NCBI RefSeq assembly: GCF_009914755.1
Contig: NC_060927.1
Direction: 5' to 3' (one strand)
DNA length: 64,000 nt
From: the human T2T-CHM13v2.0 reference genome, Homo sapiens
The translations under genes were made by a program, and so were the position numbers. The notes under the pieces were generated by a model that saw only the letters and a program-made list of their open reading frames with translations, did not search any database and was not told where the DNA came from. Shown piece after piece: positions 32,720 through 48,080 of this stretch (position 1 is its first letter; every line of letters begins with the position of its first letter).

Positions 32720-33960
32720 AAGGGAAGACAAACAGGTATTTGGAATATGTGGGTCTGAAACTCAGGAGAGACATCTGGGCTAGAACATAGACCGGGGAGT
32801 ATCAGCATGTGAATGGTAATAGGAACCATGGAAGCATGAGTCTGTACGACTGTCCAGAGATGGTCACTCCTCTTTGTTTCCACTGCTGCCCTTGGTCACT
32901 CCCAGAGCTTCTAGCAGGTCTCTCTATCGCCCTTCCTGCCACCTCTGTTCTCTTCTCAGTTCAGCAGCTACAGTGATTCTTTTGATGATCGGATGACTTC
33001 ATGCTTCTCAAAATTCCCCTGTAACCCTTCATCTCACTCAGAAAACACAAATGCCTGACCATAATTTACAAGGTCCTACAGGACCCCGGGAGCCTGAGAT
33101 TTCTTCAACTTCATCTCCTGATGTTCACTCGTTTCCACCACAGGGGACAACCTTCTTGTCTTCAAACCTTTCAGACATGCTCCTTGCTTTCAGGTCTCTG
33201 AAATACTACTCTCTCTGCCAGAAATGCTGACATAGGTACATGTCAGGTCTTTTGCCTTTTTTAAGGCTTTGCTCAAATATCATCATCTCAAAAAGGCCTA
33301 TTCTGAGTACCCTTCTTTAAACTGCCCTCCCCTTCCCCTGCGTACTCCCTACTTCCCTTCCCCTTCCCTGTTGATTTTCTTTTCTAAAGCACTTATCAAC
33401 TTCTAGCTTTTGCAAAAATTTATTTTATTATGTGTACATTTAAAAATTTATCCAAGGGCAGGAACGACTTTTGTTTGCCTGTTTTGTTTATTAAGGTATC
33501 CAATGTACCTAGAAAAATGCCTGGCATAAAGTACATTATGTTATAGTTTATATAATTTCTATGTAAAAATATAAATTATAATTTAAAATAATTTGTATTT
33601 CTACATAGAAATGATATAAAGTATAATCTATATGTAGATTATTCACTTATGAATTAAAAAATATATATCTTTTGAATATTGAATGAAATCTAAGACAGAA
33701 TTCTGAGAAACTCTAACATTAAGTGTTGGGCAGAATTTCCAAAAGAAAATTGATAAGGAGCTTCCTGTAAAACCAAAGAAAGCTTGGAGATAATGCTGGA
33801 ACTGAATAAAAGGGAAAAATATCTCAGGAACCAAGAAGTTCAACAGTGTCAAATGTTGGTCAAGAGTCAAATGAGGTGAAGACTGAAAAACCTCCATTGA
33901 ATGTAACAACAAGGAGAAGGTTGCCTTGGTAAGAGAAGTTTCAATGACACATGGATAACA
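32720..33960. mobile_element. L2 fragments in both orientations
   Basis: CTCAGGAGAGACATCTGGGCTAGA; GCTCAAATATCATCATCTCA; TGCCTGGCATAAAG; approximate. Confidence 0.6.
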
Positions 33961-34079
33961 CAACTTAGAAAATGTTAAATAAAGCTTACAAAGAGTTAAA
34001 ACAAAAGAAAAGAGCATAAAAATTTAAACTATGAAATCATCAAGCTTATACAATTCAGATATTGGATTGTATAATTTGT

Positions 34080-34745
34080 CACTATTGTGGCTATATAACA
34101 GAGCATCCCAAAACTTAATGGTTTAAGACAGCAACCATTGTACTGTGGCTCATGAGTCTGTGGGTGGATTGGGCTCAGGTTGGCATTTCTTCATCACATG
34201 AAGCCAGCTGGTGCTGCAGCCATCTAGGGCAGGGCTCAGCAAACTTTCCCATAGAGGACCAAATAACAGATACATTAGGCCTTGTGGACCATATGGTCAA
34301 CTGGCATGATGATTCAGCCATACCATTGTTGTGACAAAGTAGTCATAGATAATATATAAATGAAAGGGTGTAGCTGTGTTCCAATAAAGCTTGATTTACA
34401 GAAATCAGATGGCGGACCAGATTTCACTGAAAGGCACTGTTTGACCACCCATGATTTAAGGGCTCAGTCTGGTGTGATACATTCAAGATGGCTCACTCTT
34501 GGAGTGCCTTGGCACTGCTCTGTGTGGTCTTCTGACACCCACCCTCCATGTGACTTGGGCTTCTTAGAGCATGGTGGCTGGTTCCAAGAGTGAAAAGCAG
34601 AAGTTGACAGGCTTAGGCCTGGAGCTTGCATTACTTCCATCACAGTCCATTGGTTAAAATGAGCCCCAGGGCCAGTCCAGATTCAAGGGAGCGGGTTATG
34701 AAAGGGTGTAAGTACCAGGAGGCATGGTTCACCAAATGTTACAGA
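34080..34745. mobile_element. Old MLT LTR containing a MER58A-like insertion (~34229-34455)
   Basis: CCCAAAACTTAATGGTTTAAG; CAGGGCTCAGCAAACTTT...GCTGTGTTCCAATAAA. Confidence 0.7.
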
Positions 34746-34891
34746 CCATCACACAATTCTAAGAGGTTTGCTTGTCAAAACTGTGTTTCATTCCACATTC
34801 TGTCTGGAGACCCTCACCTAAGGGAAATGTTTGGTGACTTGTGAAGCCATCCTTTGATCCTTTCAAGAATTATCTTCTTGACATCACTTTA

Positions 34892-35239
<348 letters not shown>

Positions 35240-35828
35240 TTAAAGACAACAGTTCCTTCCTCCCATTAGCTTGAGAAAACTCTAGGTCTTCTGACACCCA
35301 CCCTTAAAAATGCTGTTTCCAATCCACTGCACTTAAGCTAAAAGGCACTACAACCCATTAAACTTAGATTACAAATATGATAGAAAATGGTTTTTAGTAG
35401 TAAGATTAAAGCAATCATACTTAACTACTTAAAGATCTATCAAAGTGCTGTTATTTTACAAAAGTAAACTATAATCTATATTAGAATATTCACTTATGAA
35501 TTTCAAAAATATTCATTAAACATTCATAAATTGTTAGGTCTTATGCTAGGTTTTGGTAAATACAGCCATCATTTTGCTCTTAATGTAGAACTGTAGGCCA
35601 TTAGTTGACCTTTAGTATACAGTAAAACAAAGACTGCATGAGATAAAATTTTCTCAGTGAAGTGGGAAAAAAAGGAAGCATTTAGGTTCTCATAAAATTA
35701 TTGAACCACAAGAAAATTGAAGGCATATATATTTTTAGGTTGGTATTTTAGTGAACCATATGGTCTGATATAACCAGATCATTTTAATCAAACATTATCA
35801 TTCTATTGATAAGAAGGTAATACTAGCT

Positions 35829-36319
<491 letters not shown>

Positions 36320-36565
36320 TACATATGTAATAAATGAAAACCATTTTTTAAAAGGTAATACTAGAACATTATGAGAAGAACTGATTTTACTCTTTAAAAA
36401 GTGTGACCCAGAAAATGCTGAACACGCTGTCAGAGATATGTGGTTGTAAGCCAGAGGATATGAGATGCCACCAGGTGAATACAGCACATCTTCCCGTGTC
36501 AATTGCACTTAAATGTTCTAGGAGGAAAACATTTTAACTGTTAAGTGCTTTAAAACATAATTCTA

Positions 36566-36702
36566 GCTGGGCATAGTGGTATGTGCTTATAGTCCCAGCT
36601 TCTTGGGAAGCTAAGGCTGGAGGATCACTTGAGCCCAGGAGTTTGAGGCCAGTCTGGGCAACATAGCAAGACCCCTGTCTCTAAAAATAAAAATAAAAAT
36701 AA
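36566..36702 (+). mobile_element. FLAM-like monomer
   Basis: TSD CATAATTCT. Confidence 0.87.
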
Positions 36703-36897
36703 GGCATAATTCTTATCACAATACAATAAAACTACAAAATATTTTAAAGGCCTTTACAGGTGAAAATTTAAATCTTGTCTATTAAACAACAATGAGGATT
36801 GGTCAGATATGAGCCTGTAAAAAAAAAAAAAAAACACTTAGGTGAAAGTGGGCATAAAAACTGCAATGGTGGCATTTCTAAAAAAGAATAGTAATGA

Positions 36898-37210
36898 GGC
36901 CAGGTGCAGTGACTCATGCCTGGAATCCCAGCACTTTGGAAGGCCAAGGCAGGTGGATTGTTTGAGGCCAGGAGTTCGAGATTTGCCTGGGCAACATTGC
37001 GAAACCCTGTCTCTACTGAAAATACAAAAATCAGCCGGGCATGGTGGCACGTACCTATAGTCCCAGCAACTCAGGGGGCTGAGGCAAGAGAATCACCTGA
37101 GCCTTGGCAGGTAGAGGCTGCAGTGAGCCATGATTGGTCCACTGCACTGCAGCCTGGGTGAAGAGTGAGACCCTGTCTGAAAAAAAAATAATAATAAATA
37201 ATAATAATAA
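36898..37210 (+). mobile_element. AluJ
   Basis: Dimeric Alu. Confidence 0.94.
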
Positions 37211-37214
37211 TGAA

Positions 37215-39430
37215 ATCACTGTATATGAGAATTTATGGGATACATTAGACTAGTGATCAGAGGGAAATTCATAGCCTTAAATGCTTACATTAATAAAAAT
37301 AAAAAGAGGAAAACAAGTGAATTAAACTCCAACTCAAATAAGCTAGAAAAATAACAACAAAATCAACCAAAAGAAAACATAAGGAAAGAAATAATACATA
37401 TTGAAGTAGAAATTAAAGGGCTTAAAAAAACAGGAAAATGATAAAACTACATAAATTAAAATGGTGGTTCCTTGGGCAGAGGGAAACAGTAGCCAACCTA
37501 ATCAAGAAAACAAAGAAGAAAACATAAATCTATAAAAAAGAAAAGTGACAAATAACTTTTATCATGGAGGAATTTTTTTAAATCATGAGAGACTACATTG
37601 CATAATCATACATAAATAAATGTGAAAACTTTTGAAATGGATAACTTCCTAGGAATACAGTTTTACAAAATTGACCCCAGGAGAGAGAAAATGCTTAAGC
37701 AGACACATTTCCAAAGAATTGTTAAAGAAAGTTTCAAAGAACTACCCCATTAAAAGCCATCACACTCAGACAGTTTCACAAGAGAATTCCAGAAAACCTT
37801 CAAAATTCAAATAGTACCAATGCTACATGAATTATTCCAGAGCATAGAAAATAGAAAAAGGCTTCTAAATTTTTTATAAAGCAGGATTAACATTTATACT
37901 TAAACCTAACAAATACAGTGCATGCACACACAAATATAAATCATTCTAACCTACAAATATTGATGCAAAAAAACAAATGAAACATTCACAAACAGAATCT
38001 AATACCTCATTTAGAAATACATCATGATCAAGTAGAGTTTATTTCAGGAATGCAAGAATGGTTTGATATTAGCAAATTCATTAAAATAATTCATCATATT
38101 AATGTAAGAACAGTTATATAATAATTTCTATAAAAGTTGAAAAGGATTTTGATAAACATCAACACTCATTTCAAATAAAAAATTCTTAATAAAATAGGAG
38201 GATGGATATATGGTTAACATAATAAAAATACTTAAGTCAAAAGCCAACTTTTTATTTAATTGGAAAAAATTGGTGACATTCTCACTAAAGTCAGACATAT
38301 GGCAAGGATGCCAAGTATATCTACTACTATTTAACACAGTATAGAAGGTATCAGCCAATGCAGTTAGGCAGAAGGAAGCAATTTGAAGCATAAGAATTGA
38401 AAGAGCAGAAGTAAAACTATGTACATTTCCAGATGATATGGTAGTATGCCTGTAAAACCCAAGAGGTTAAATGATAAAACTAACTCAAACAATAAAGTAA
38501 TTCAATAATATAAAAGGGTATAAAATTAACCTTCAGAAACCAATAGCTTCATATACACAAACAATGACCGACTAGTTAGAAGGAATCATGAAAGCAAAAA
38601 CCCCATTTACAATAGCAACAATAATAAAGATAAAAACTTAGGTATTAATAAGAAATGTGCAAAAGTTATAAGAGGAAATCTGTAAAACATTCTTAAAAGA
38701 TATAAGTATACACTTGATGGAAAGACATCCTTTGTTTTCAGAAAGTATGACTATCATAAAAATGTTACTTATTCTTAAATTATAAATTTAATGCATTTCC
38801 AATGAAAAGTACCAATAAGTTTTTGTTTCAAAACTTCAAATATATATATATACATATTCACACACATATACATACACATATTTGTGTATATATACACATA
38901 CATATACACACAAATAGGTTTATATATACACATATATATAAACATATACATATATACATACCTATTTGTGTGCTTTATTTTAAATAAGTATATATACTTA
39001 TTTTTATATTTGTATATATGTATATATATTTTATTTGTATATGTGTATATATGTATACAAATAGGTATATATATGTATGTGTGTATATATACCTATTTGT
39101 ATGGGGTGTGAGTGTATGTGTATATACACCTATACAAATATATACTTATTTAATGCCTATATCTATTTGTATGGGTATATACATACACACACATATATAC
39201 AAATATATATAATACCTATTTGCGTGTGTACATATATATATATACTTATTTATTTAAAATAAAGCACACAAGAATTGCTAGAAAAACTAAAAAAAGACAA
39301 AGAGGTAGAAGTAACCCTAATAGACATGAACACATACTATAAGACCTCTAGAAGTAAAATTGTGTGGTACTGGAGGATAAGTAGACTAGTAGAAAAAAAT
39401 GAAAAGTGAAGAAATAGACCTGAGTATGTA
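37215..39430 (+). mobile_element. Old L1M ORF2 remnant
   Basis: AATTTATGGGATAC; CATCATGATCAAGTAGAGTTTATTTCAGGAATGCAAG; TTTCCAGATGATATG (FADD-like). Confidence 0.85.
38836..39250. repeat. Complex (TA/CA/TG)n low-complexity tract
   Basis: Direct observation. Confidence 0.95.
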
Positions 39431-39449
39431 GGGAAAATTAGCTTTAGAT

Positions 39450-40110
39450 ACATATTTAGGATAAATTTCCAAAAGCGAGATTGCTGGGGCAAAGGGTCAA
39501 TATAGCTCTTTTTAGGTATTGCCAAATTCCCCTTCACTGGGGCTGTTCTTTTGCATTCCCACCAGCAGGTGAGAATGCCCATTTCCCTCCCAGCCTCACC
39601 AACAGTGTGTACTGTCAAGGTTTTGATTTTTGCCACTGATATAGATGAAAGTGGTGTCTCAGTGTTTTAATTTGCATTCTCTTATTATGAGTTAAGCTTA
39701 ATAACTTTCCATTTAAGAGCAATTTATAGATTTTTATGTCTTTCTTTTTTATTAAGGCATAATTGACGTACAACAAGATGTACAGCTCTCAAGTGTGTGG
39801 TTCCATAAATGTTGACAGTTGAATATATCTGTGTAGCCACCACTGAGCACAATCTGTAGAACACTGCCATCCCCCTAGAACTTCCCTCTGACTCCTTTCC
39901 TGTCAATCCTCCCACCCACTCCAGAAGCAACCACTTTCTGGTTTGTATTCTCATAAATTACCTTTGCTTGTATAAATGGAATGTAAACGGAATATGCAAT
40001 AATGTATATCTGATTATTTCATGTATCTAATGTTTTTGCTCAACATAATTTTTCAGAATTCATCCATGTTGTGTGTTGAGCATTATTTCTTTTTATTACT
40101 GATCTTCTAG
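39450..40110 (-). mobile_element. Antisense L1M 3' fragments
   Basis: TTTGCATTCCCACCAGCAGG; GCAACCACTTTCTGG; ATTCATCCATGTTG. Confidence 0.7.
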
Positions 40111-41229
40111 GGATATAATGTTTGCAGAATTAATTTTTCTCTCCTAATGGTTTCTCATTGTTGAAGAACTGAGTTGCAAATATGGAAAGTGAGAAAAATA
40201 GAATGAATTCTATAGTGTTGGATTGGAATTGGAGCTACCAGTATGAACTGAGTTTTTAATATGTATAGATACATATAGAAGTATTTGAAGATATGTGTGG
40301 CTATATCTCAGTACGTGCATGCATATATACAGACAAGTATTCCCTGGCTCTGTCTCCTTACAGAGCCTGGGAGTAGTGTCGTTCCAACAGTAATAAGCAC
40401 ACCTTCCACCTATACCTTGGTTTCTAAATATCATTTTCTATGATAAGGAATCAGGATTCTTTGGAGAAATGACTGTTTCCAGAGTTAGAGAGAAGAAAGT
40501 ACAAGTGTGAGTCTGGAACATCTTCTCACAGACAGTAAGGACACGTTCAAAAGCTGATGTGGCTATCTCAAAAGGACAGGAGTGCCAGCCTGAAGGTATT
40601 TTGGCCACATTTCAGATAATATGAAACATCAAAATGAATAAAGACAGTAATAGATTTTTATGCATCATTATTACTAATTGTTACTAAAAATGTAAAAATT
40701 AATGTTAGGTGGAGGGAAATTTTTTAACAGAATAATACTAAGTAATAAATGTAGAAGAAAGGATAGAAACATCACCATTTCACAACTGCCATACTAATAA
40801 TTGATTCAGACAAAAATCACCATTGGGTGGAAGGTTGTTGGAAAACAGGATATTCACATGATCTCGTGAATTACTTATTATACAGGGAAATTGGAGTGTT
40901 ATAATGGTGGATTTGGCAGGCATGATTATAACCAAGTGATCAAAGTTAACATCACCAAGTAAGTTATATCATGTGCCCCTGAGGGGATGCACTAAGTATA
41001 TAGTATTCCAGACAAAATTGTTGATTCCAACCATAAGGAAAAAACCATAGATTTCCAAATTAAGGGACGTTTGGCAAAACAACTGGAACTTGAGCTCCAA
41101 ATATATCAATGGTGTGAGAGACAAAGAGAGGAGACTAAAGCAATACGACAACGATATGCAATGAAGCATCCTTGATTGGATACCAGAGCAGGAGGGAAAC
41201 AAACCATAACACTTTAAAGACATCACTGA

Positions 41230-41527
41230 GGCTAGGCGCAGTGGCCCATGCCTGTAATCCTAGCACGTTGGGAGGCTGAGGCGGGTGGATCGCTTGAGGT
41301 CAGGAATTTGAGACCAGTCCCTGGGCAACATTGCGAAACCTTGTCTCTACAAAAAATACCAAAAATTAGCTGGGCGTGGTGACACCCGCCTGTGGTCCTA
41401 GTTACTAGGAAGGCTGAGGCAGGAGCATTGCTTGAGCCTGGGAGGTCAAGGCTGCAGTGAGCCAAGATCATGTCACTGCACTCCAGCCTGGGTGACAGAG
41501 TGAGACCCTGTCAAAAAAAAAAAAAAA
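41230..41527 (+). mobile_element. AluJb-like
   Basis: Dimeric Alu, degenerate TSD CAT(C/T)A(C/T)TGAG. Confidence 0.95.
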
Positions 41528-41727
41528 GCGCATTATTGAGACATTTGGGAAAAATCTGAATATAGATTATGTTCCATAATGTTCCTATATGTTAGATAAT
41601 AACATTGCATTAATGTTAAACATCTTGAGTTCAATAATTACATTGTAGTCATGTAGGAGAATGTCTTTGTTCTTAGAAAATATATGCTGGAGTATTGAAG
41701 GGTGAAGTGTCGTTTTACCCACAACTC

Positions 41728-42018
41728 TTTTTTTTTTTTTTTTTTTTTTGAGACAGAGTCTCGCTCTGTCCCCCAGGCTGGAGTGCAGTGGTGCAATCTC
41801 GGCTCACTGCAAGCTCTGCCTCCTGGGTTCACGCCATTCTCCTGCCTCAGCCTCCTGAGTAGCTGGGACTACAGGTGCCTACCACCGCGTCCGGCTAATT
41901 TTTTGTATTTTTAGTAGAGACGGGGTTTCACCGTGGTCTCGATCTCCTGACCTCATGATCCACCCGCCTCGGCCTCCCCAAGAGCTGTGATTACAGGCCT
42001 GAGCCACCGCGCCCAGCC
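41728..42018 (-). mobile_element. AluY with a 12-bp left-arm deletion (AluYd-type)
   Basis: TTTCACCGTGGTCTCGATCTCC; GCAAGCTC and TTCACGCCATTC AluY marks; TSD TACCCACAACT. Confidence 0.9.
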
Positions 42019-42241
42019 TACCCACAACTAACACTTAATTGGTTTAGAAAAAAAAGTAAATATACACGTGTTTTTGTTTGTGTCCCTTTCTCTTTATATA
42101 TGTGTGTGAAGAGAGAAAGAAATAAAGTGAATGTAGTAAAATGTTAACAATTGTTGAAACTTAAGGATAATGTTGGTAGTGTTGGTACTATGTTTTCAAC
42201 TTTTCTGTAGGTTTGAAATTTTTCATAATAAAAATTTGGGA

Positions 42242-42517
42242 TTTTTTTCTTTTTTTTTTTTTTAGATAGGGTCTTGCTCTGTTTCCCAGACTGGAGTGCA
42301 GTGGTGCCCAGCCAGTCGTCCCACCTCAGCCTCCTGAGTAGCTTGGGACCACAAGTGTGCATCACCATTCTTGGCTAATTAAAAAAAAAAAAAAAGTTAT
42401 AGAGACAGGATCTCCCTATGTTGCGTAGGCTGGTCTTGAACCCCTGGACTCAAGCGAACCTCCAGCCTTGGCCTCCTAAAGTTCTGGGATTACAGACATG
42501 AGCCACTGCGTCCGGCC
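42242..42517 (-). mobile_element. AluJ with an internal deletion
   Basis: Antisense Alu. Confidence 0.9.
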
Positions 42518-42997
42518 AGAACATTATTTTTAATTAGAAATAAGAGACTTCCAAAAAATGTTAGGTCTGAATATGTCTGCTTTGAGCTTTTACCTTCAGG
42601 AAATAAAAACTCACTATCTTTGAAGTTACTTCAAGAAGGCTCCTTCAATGGGGATCCTTAAGAAGCTTTGCCTGGGGGATAGGACATCTCCCTTTGGGGC
42701 TAGCTGGTGTCTTCAGTTGTTTGGGCAAGTCAAGGTCATAGTCTGGAGTAGATACATTCCTCTGGCAGTAGCAACCACACCTTCAGGGAACTGCCTCTCC
42801 TCAGTCATGTGCTTCTCTTGTGGTTGCCAATCATGCGACCCTGTCCCCGGGCCAAAGGATGGGCAAGTAATCCAGGCCTGGCCAACAATGTACCCCAGCA
42901 CCCTAGTCACAGTGATTAGCTCAGGGAAGGGTGTGGGACCTTAGCTGGGCCAATCAGGCTCCTATCCTGATATCTTATTTATGGGTGCCAGGAGACT

Positions 42998-42998
42998 T

Positions 42999-43037
<39 letters not shown>

Positions 43038-43040
43038 TTT
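42998..43040. repeat. (ATTT)n microsatellite
   Basis: Direct observation. Confidence 0.95.
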
Positions 43041-43927
43041 CTGAATGCTGCTACTTTCCCCTGGGATCCTTTGGCTAGCGTGATATCAATCTGGAGCTCC
43101 TCCGAGAATCCAGATTATTATGATTAACAGCTGTGCCCTTCCACAGGGTGATGTGGAGGCAGAATGAGAAGCAGTTGGCTTTGCTTCAGGGTCCCTGAAG
43201 GTGATCTTCCGGCTCCTGGGGCCTCTGTTTCTGAACTACAGGCAACATCTTATGCCACAGACCGAATTCTATTCTGTAGACCACATGGCACATATGCAAG
43301 TGTATGCGCCCCTCCACCAAATGTCTCCTTGTTTGCTCAAAGTCCTACCCTCTCATTGGTCATTCTTTCCATAGACATGGTAGGCCAACTGTGAGCAAAA
43401 CCTTGAGCAAAGTGCTGTGGCCCGGTGCTTCCCAAACATCACATTGGCCACCTAAAATCCCCCAGAAGCCTTCCAAACACAGCTCTCTGGGTCCCATTCC
43501 CAGAAGTTTTGACAAGAGAATCTGTATGTTTAACAAGCCACCCAGGTAATTTGAAGGCCTGTTTGGGTTTGGAAAACACTGCAGGGGCAGAGAGGAATAT
43601 CAAGGTAAATGTGGCTCAAAGTCATCTCTCAGGGAGCATTTAGATGAGGGAAAAGGATAAGGCAACTGAGCTAATTACACTATGAAGCAGGAATCAGTGC
43701 TGGGTACCAAGAGAACCCTTCCCAGCCTCGTGGAGGCGGGAAAGCTGACCAGTCCTAAGGTCATGCTGAGTCTTGCTGACGGGCACTCATGGGTTCTCCC
43801 TCCTCATTATCAAGCCTGCTTGGATCTCAAAACAGTGCCTTCCAAGGAAGGAGTCAACCTATATTTCAGCAAGTTCACACTGGAGAGTTGGGGAAATCAG
43901 ACCATTTGGGGAATTCCTACTGATGCC

Positions 43928-44222
43928 TTTTTCTTTTGAGATAGGATCTCACTCTGTCACCCAGGCTGGAGTACAGTGGTGCCACCATGGCTCACTGCAG
44001 CTTCCGCATCCTGGGCTCAAGCAATTCTCCCACCTCAACCTCCTGAATAGTTGGGACCACAGAGGTGCACGACCATGCCCACTACTTTTTTGTTTTTTGT
44101 TTTGGTAGAGATGCGGTCTCCCTATGTTGCCCAGGCTTGTCTCAAACTCCTGGGCTCAAGTGATTCTCCTGCCTTGGCCTCCCAAAGTGCTGGGTTACAG
44201 GCATGAGCCACTTAGCCTGGCC
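43928..44222 (-). mobile_element. AluJ
   Basis: TSD CCT(A/G)CTGATGCCTTTT. Confidence 0.95.
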
Positions 44223-44266
44223 TCCTGCTGATGCCTTTTAATGGAAAGAAAGGGAAGGTTGGAGGA

Positions 44267-44311
44267 GTGTGTGTGTGTGTGTGTGTGTGCACTGTGGTGT
44301 GCTGTGATGTG

Positions 44312-44357
<46 letters not shown>

Positions 44358-44365
44358 GGTGTGTA
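44267..44365. repeat. Interrupted (TG)n microsatellite
   Basis: Direct observation. Confidence 0.95.
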
Positions 44366-44918
44366 GTCTTAACTAGGGCTCTTGGCCAGCATGTGTTCAC
44401 TACATTCTTGTCAAGCGAGAGAGTGTTTCATGGAGCCAAATAAAACTCCAAGTGACCTTTTCATCATATCAGAGTGTGTCATTGTGGATGAAAAGCACGG
44501 TGCATTGTAGTCATAATCACTGTTTTTTATTGGCCACCCATTAACATGCTGAGGAACATAATAGCCGCTTTACATACATTCTCATTTAATCCTCGCAGAA
44601 CCCCATGAAATTAGGACTATTTTTTTGTTGTTGTTTAACAGATGGAGAAACTGAAACTTAGAGGGGTCAGTACAACCTTCTGTTTATGTTTTTTTAAAGT
44701 GTTTTTGTGAATGATCTTTAATAGATATTATAACCAAATGTACGTCAGTTAAGTTGCAAGCTTTCTTCTTCAAATATTTATTTGATGAATATTTATTGAG
44801 CCTCTATTATGTGCATAGTCCCTACTAGGTGTGATAGGAAAGACTGAAAAATATCACAAATAGCTCTTTTCCCTAAGGAGCAGTTAATTTGGTCTGGAGG
44901 TACAACAATCAAAGGATA

Positions 44919-45219
44919 GGCCAGGGGCAGAGGCTCATGCCTACAATTCCAGTTCTCTGGGAGGCCAAGGTGGGCAGATTGCTTGAGCTCAGGAGTTTGA
45001 GACCAGTTGCGCAACATAGTGAGACCCTGTTTCTTCAAAAAAATAAAAAAACACTGGGTGTGGTGGCACATGCCTGTAGTCCCAGCTACTCAGGAGGCTG
45101 AGGTGGGGAGAATTGCTTGAGCCCAGGGGGCAGAGGTTATAGTGAGCCAAGATCGCAACACCACACTCCAGCCTGGGCTACAGAGCCAGACTGACTCAAA
45201 AATAAAACAAAACAAAAAA
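44919..45219 (+). mobile_element. AluJ
   Basis: Dimeric Alu, TSD ATC(A/G)AAGGAT. Confidence 0.94.
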
Positions 45220-46381
45220 CATCGAAGGATTTTTTTTTTTGAGCTGCTTTCCCTGTTTGTGTTGTGCTTTTACAGCAATTATCAAATTGCATTTGGACTT
45301 AAGTTGTGCAAGTCTCTGCTCCTCCTTAGCCCCTTAGGGGTAAGGAACTCCATTTCACTCACCTTTGTATTCTCAGCACATAGTAAGTGCTTAATCAACG
45401 TTGATGAATCAATGAACTGATAAACTGGAATTTGGAGAGTGTGAATAAACATTCTAATCCTTTCTCAGATGCTGAAGAGCTTAATGAAACTTGCAAAGAA
45501 ATCTAAATCCAGAATAGAAAATAGCTATTATTGAGCAAGGAAAACTTTTCAAACTAATGAGTACATTCCATACACAACCATTCAAAGTATTTCTTAACCA
45601 GCGTCCCTGGATGTCCCATGAGATGTTAATAAGTATTTCTTTAAAAAGAAGAAAAACTTCCACAGTCCAGTACATTTGGGAAATGCAGGGTTAGATAGGA
45701 TTTCCTTACTGCAGGAGATCTCAGAGCCTTTAATAGACAGGCGTGCACTGTGTATAAACCAGAAGCTGTAAGTAGTTTGAAGAATATACTGTACATGGTA
45801 AGCAATATTTTCCAAATGTGTCTGACAGTGGACACTTCAGGGTAGCAGTGGAGGGAGTAAAGAAAAGAATTAATTGCAGGGTCAAGACTAGAATAAGGTA
45901 AAGGAGACAGCTAGGGCGCAAGATCTAAGAAAGTACCTACTTGCACGAAAACACTAGCACAACCCTGAGACTGAGGGTCTCCTTACATGCTGCACCCTGG
46001 TCACCTTGCTTCATCCCAGGCCCAGACCAGGGGTAATCATTTTGTTTCTGTTTGTTGTTGTTGTTTGTTTGTTTTTAAATCAGTACTCTACAAACAAGGA
46101 AGGGGTAATCATTTTGAAGATGACGACAAACATTTCTGAATCTTCTTTTCCCCTATTTTGTCATGATTCTGGCTCAATTTTAGAGTTGTGAGTTGTGGAG
46201 GCCTTTCCTGGCCCTGGCCCCAAGGCAGAGCCTTCTATGGAGTTCTGGCCAAGGACACGGGAACCCAGTTGGTGCATGGAGCAGGATCAGGCAGCCCCTT
46301 CAGACTGGTTCAGGAAAAGGAAATCCAAATGGAATGAGTCTGTTCTACACACCAGAAGAAGTTGCCAGTTGCTCAATTTCC

Positions 46382-46689
<308 letters not shown>

Positions 46690-47046
46690 CCCTTCATTCT
46701 TGAAAACAACAGAGATTAAGAGAACGTCAATAAAGAATTCCCTAATGACTAGGATAATGACTGGCACTCAGTAAGTTGAATGAATGAGTGAATGAATAAT
46801 GAAAAAATAAATAGAAGAGGAGCCATGAAAAGCATCACAGAATAAACAAATATGAATCAGAGAGGTCCCTGACATCTCTCTCTTTTTTAATTGTGTTCCT
46901 TTGCACTATGACGATAACTGCCCTCTCCGTGCAGTCTCTCCTCTGAACCGGATGTTCTGCTTAGATCTTTGGGTTTTTCCATTTGTACAGTCTCCTTATT
47001 AATGTCCCTCCCAACGTAAAGTCCTGTTTGATCTTAGAGCTAATGA

Positions 47047-47442
<396 letters not shown>

Positions 47443-47475
47443 TAAATCCGTGAAAACAATCATCTTGAAGGGTTG

Positions 47476-47673
47476 CAAGCTTGTCCAGCCTGCCTTATTT
47501 TGTTGTTGTTGTTCTGTTTTGTTTGTTTTAGGTTTTGGCATTCTGAAGCCGTGGTTTTTAGTTTCTGTCTCTAGTGATAAGTGGAAAAGAGGGATGAGGA
47601 AGGGGCTTTACTGGCCCAACCAGAAAGAGAAACTAAGAACCCATGACTGTATTCTCTTCCTTGGACACCCCTA
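47476..47673. mobile_element. MER107-like hAT-derived nonautonomous DNA element
   Basis: CAAGCTTGTCCA...TTGGACACCCCT termini, ~198 bp; name from recall. Confidence 0.65.
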
Positions 47674-47731
47674 TACTAGTGACAGATACTCAGCGGCACT
47701 TAATATACTCATGAGTTCAGTGTCTTTTTAG

Positions 47732-48080
<349 letters not shown>

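Larger units (their letters stand above)
40170..42240 (+). mobile_element. L1MC/MD-type 3' UTR remnant interrupted by Alus
   Basis: AACCAAGTGATCAAAGTTAACATCACC; GTCATGTAGGAGAATGTC; TTTTCTGTAGGTTTGAAATTTTTCATAAT. Confidence 0.75.
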
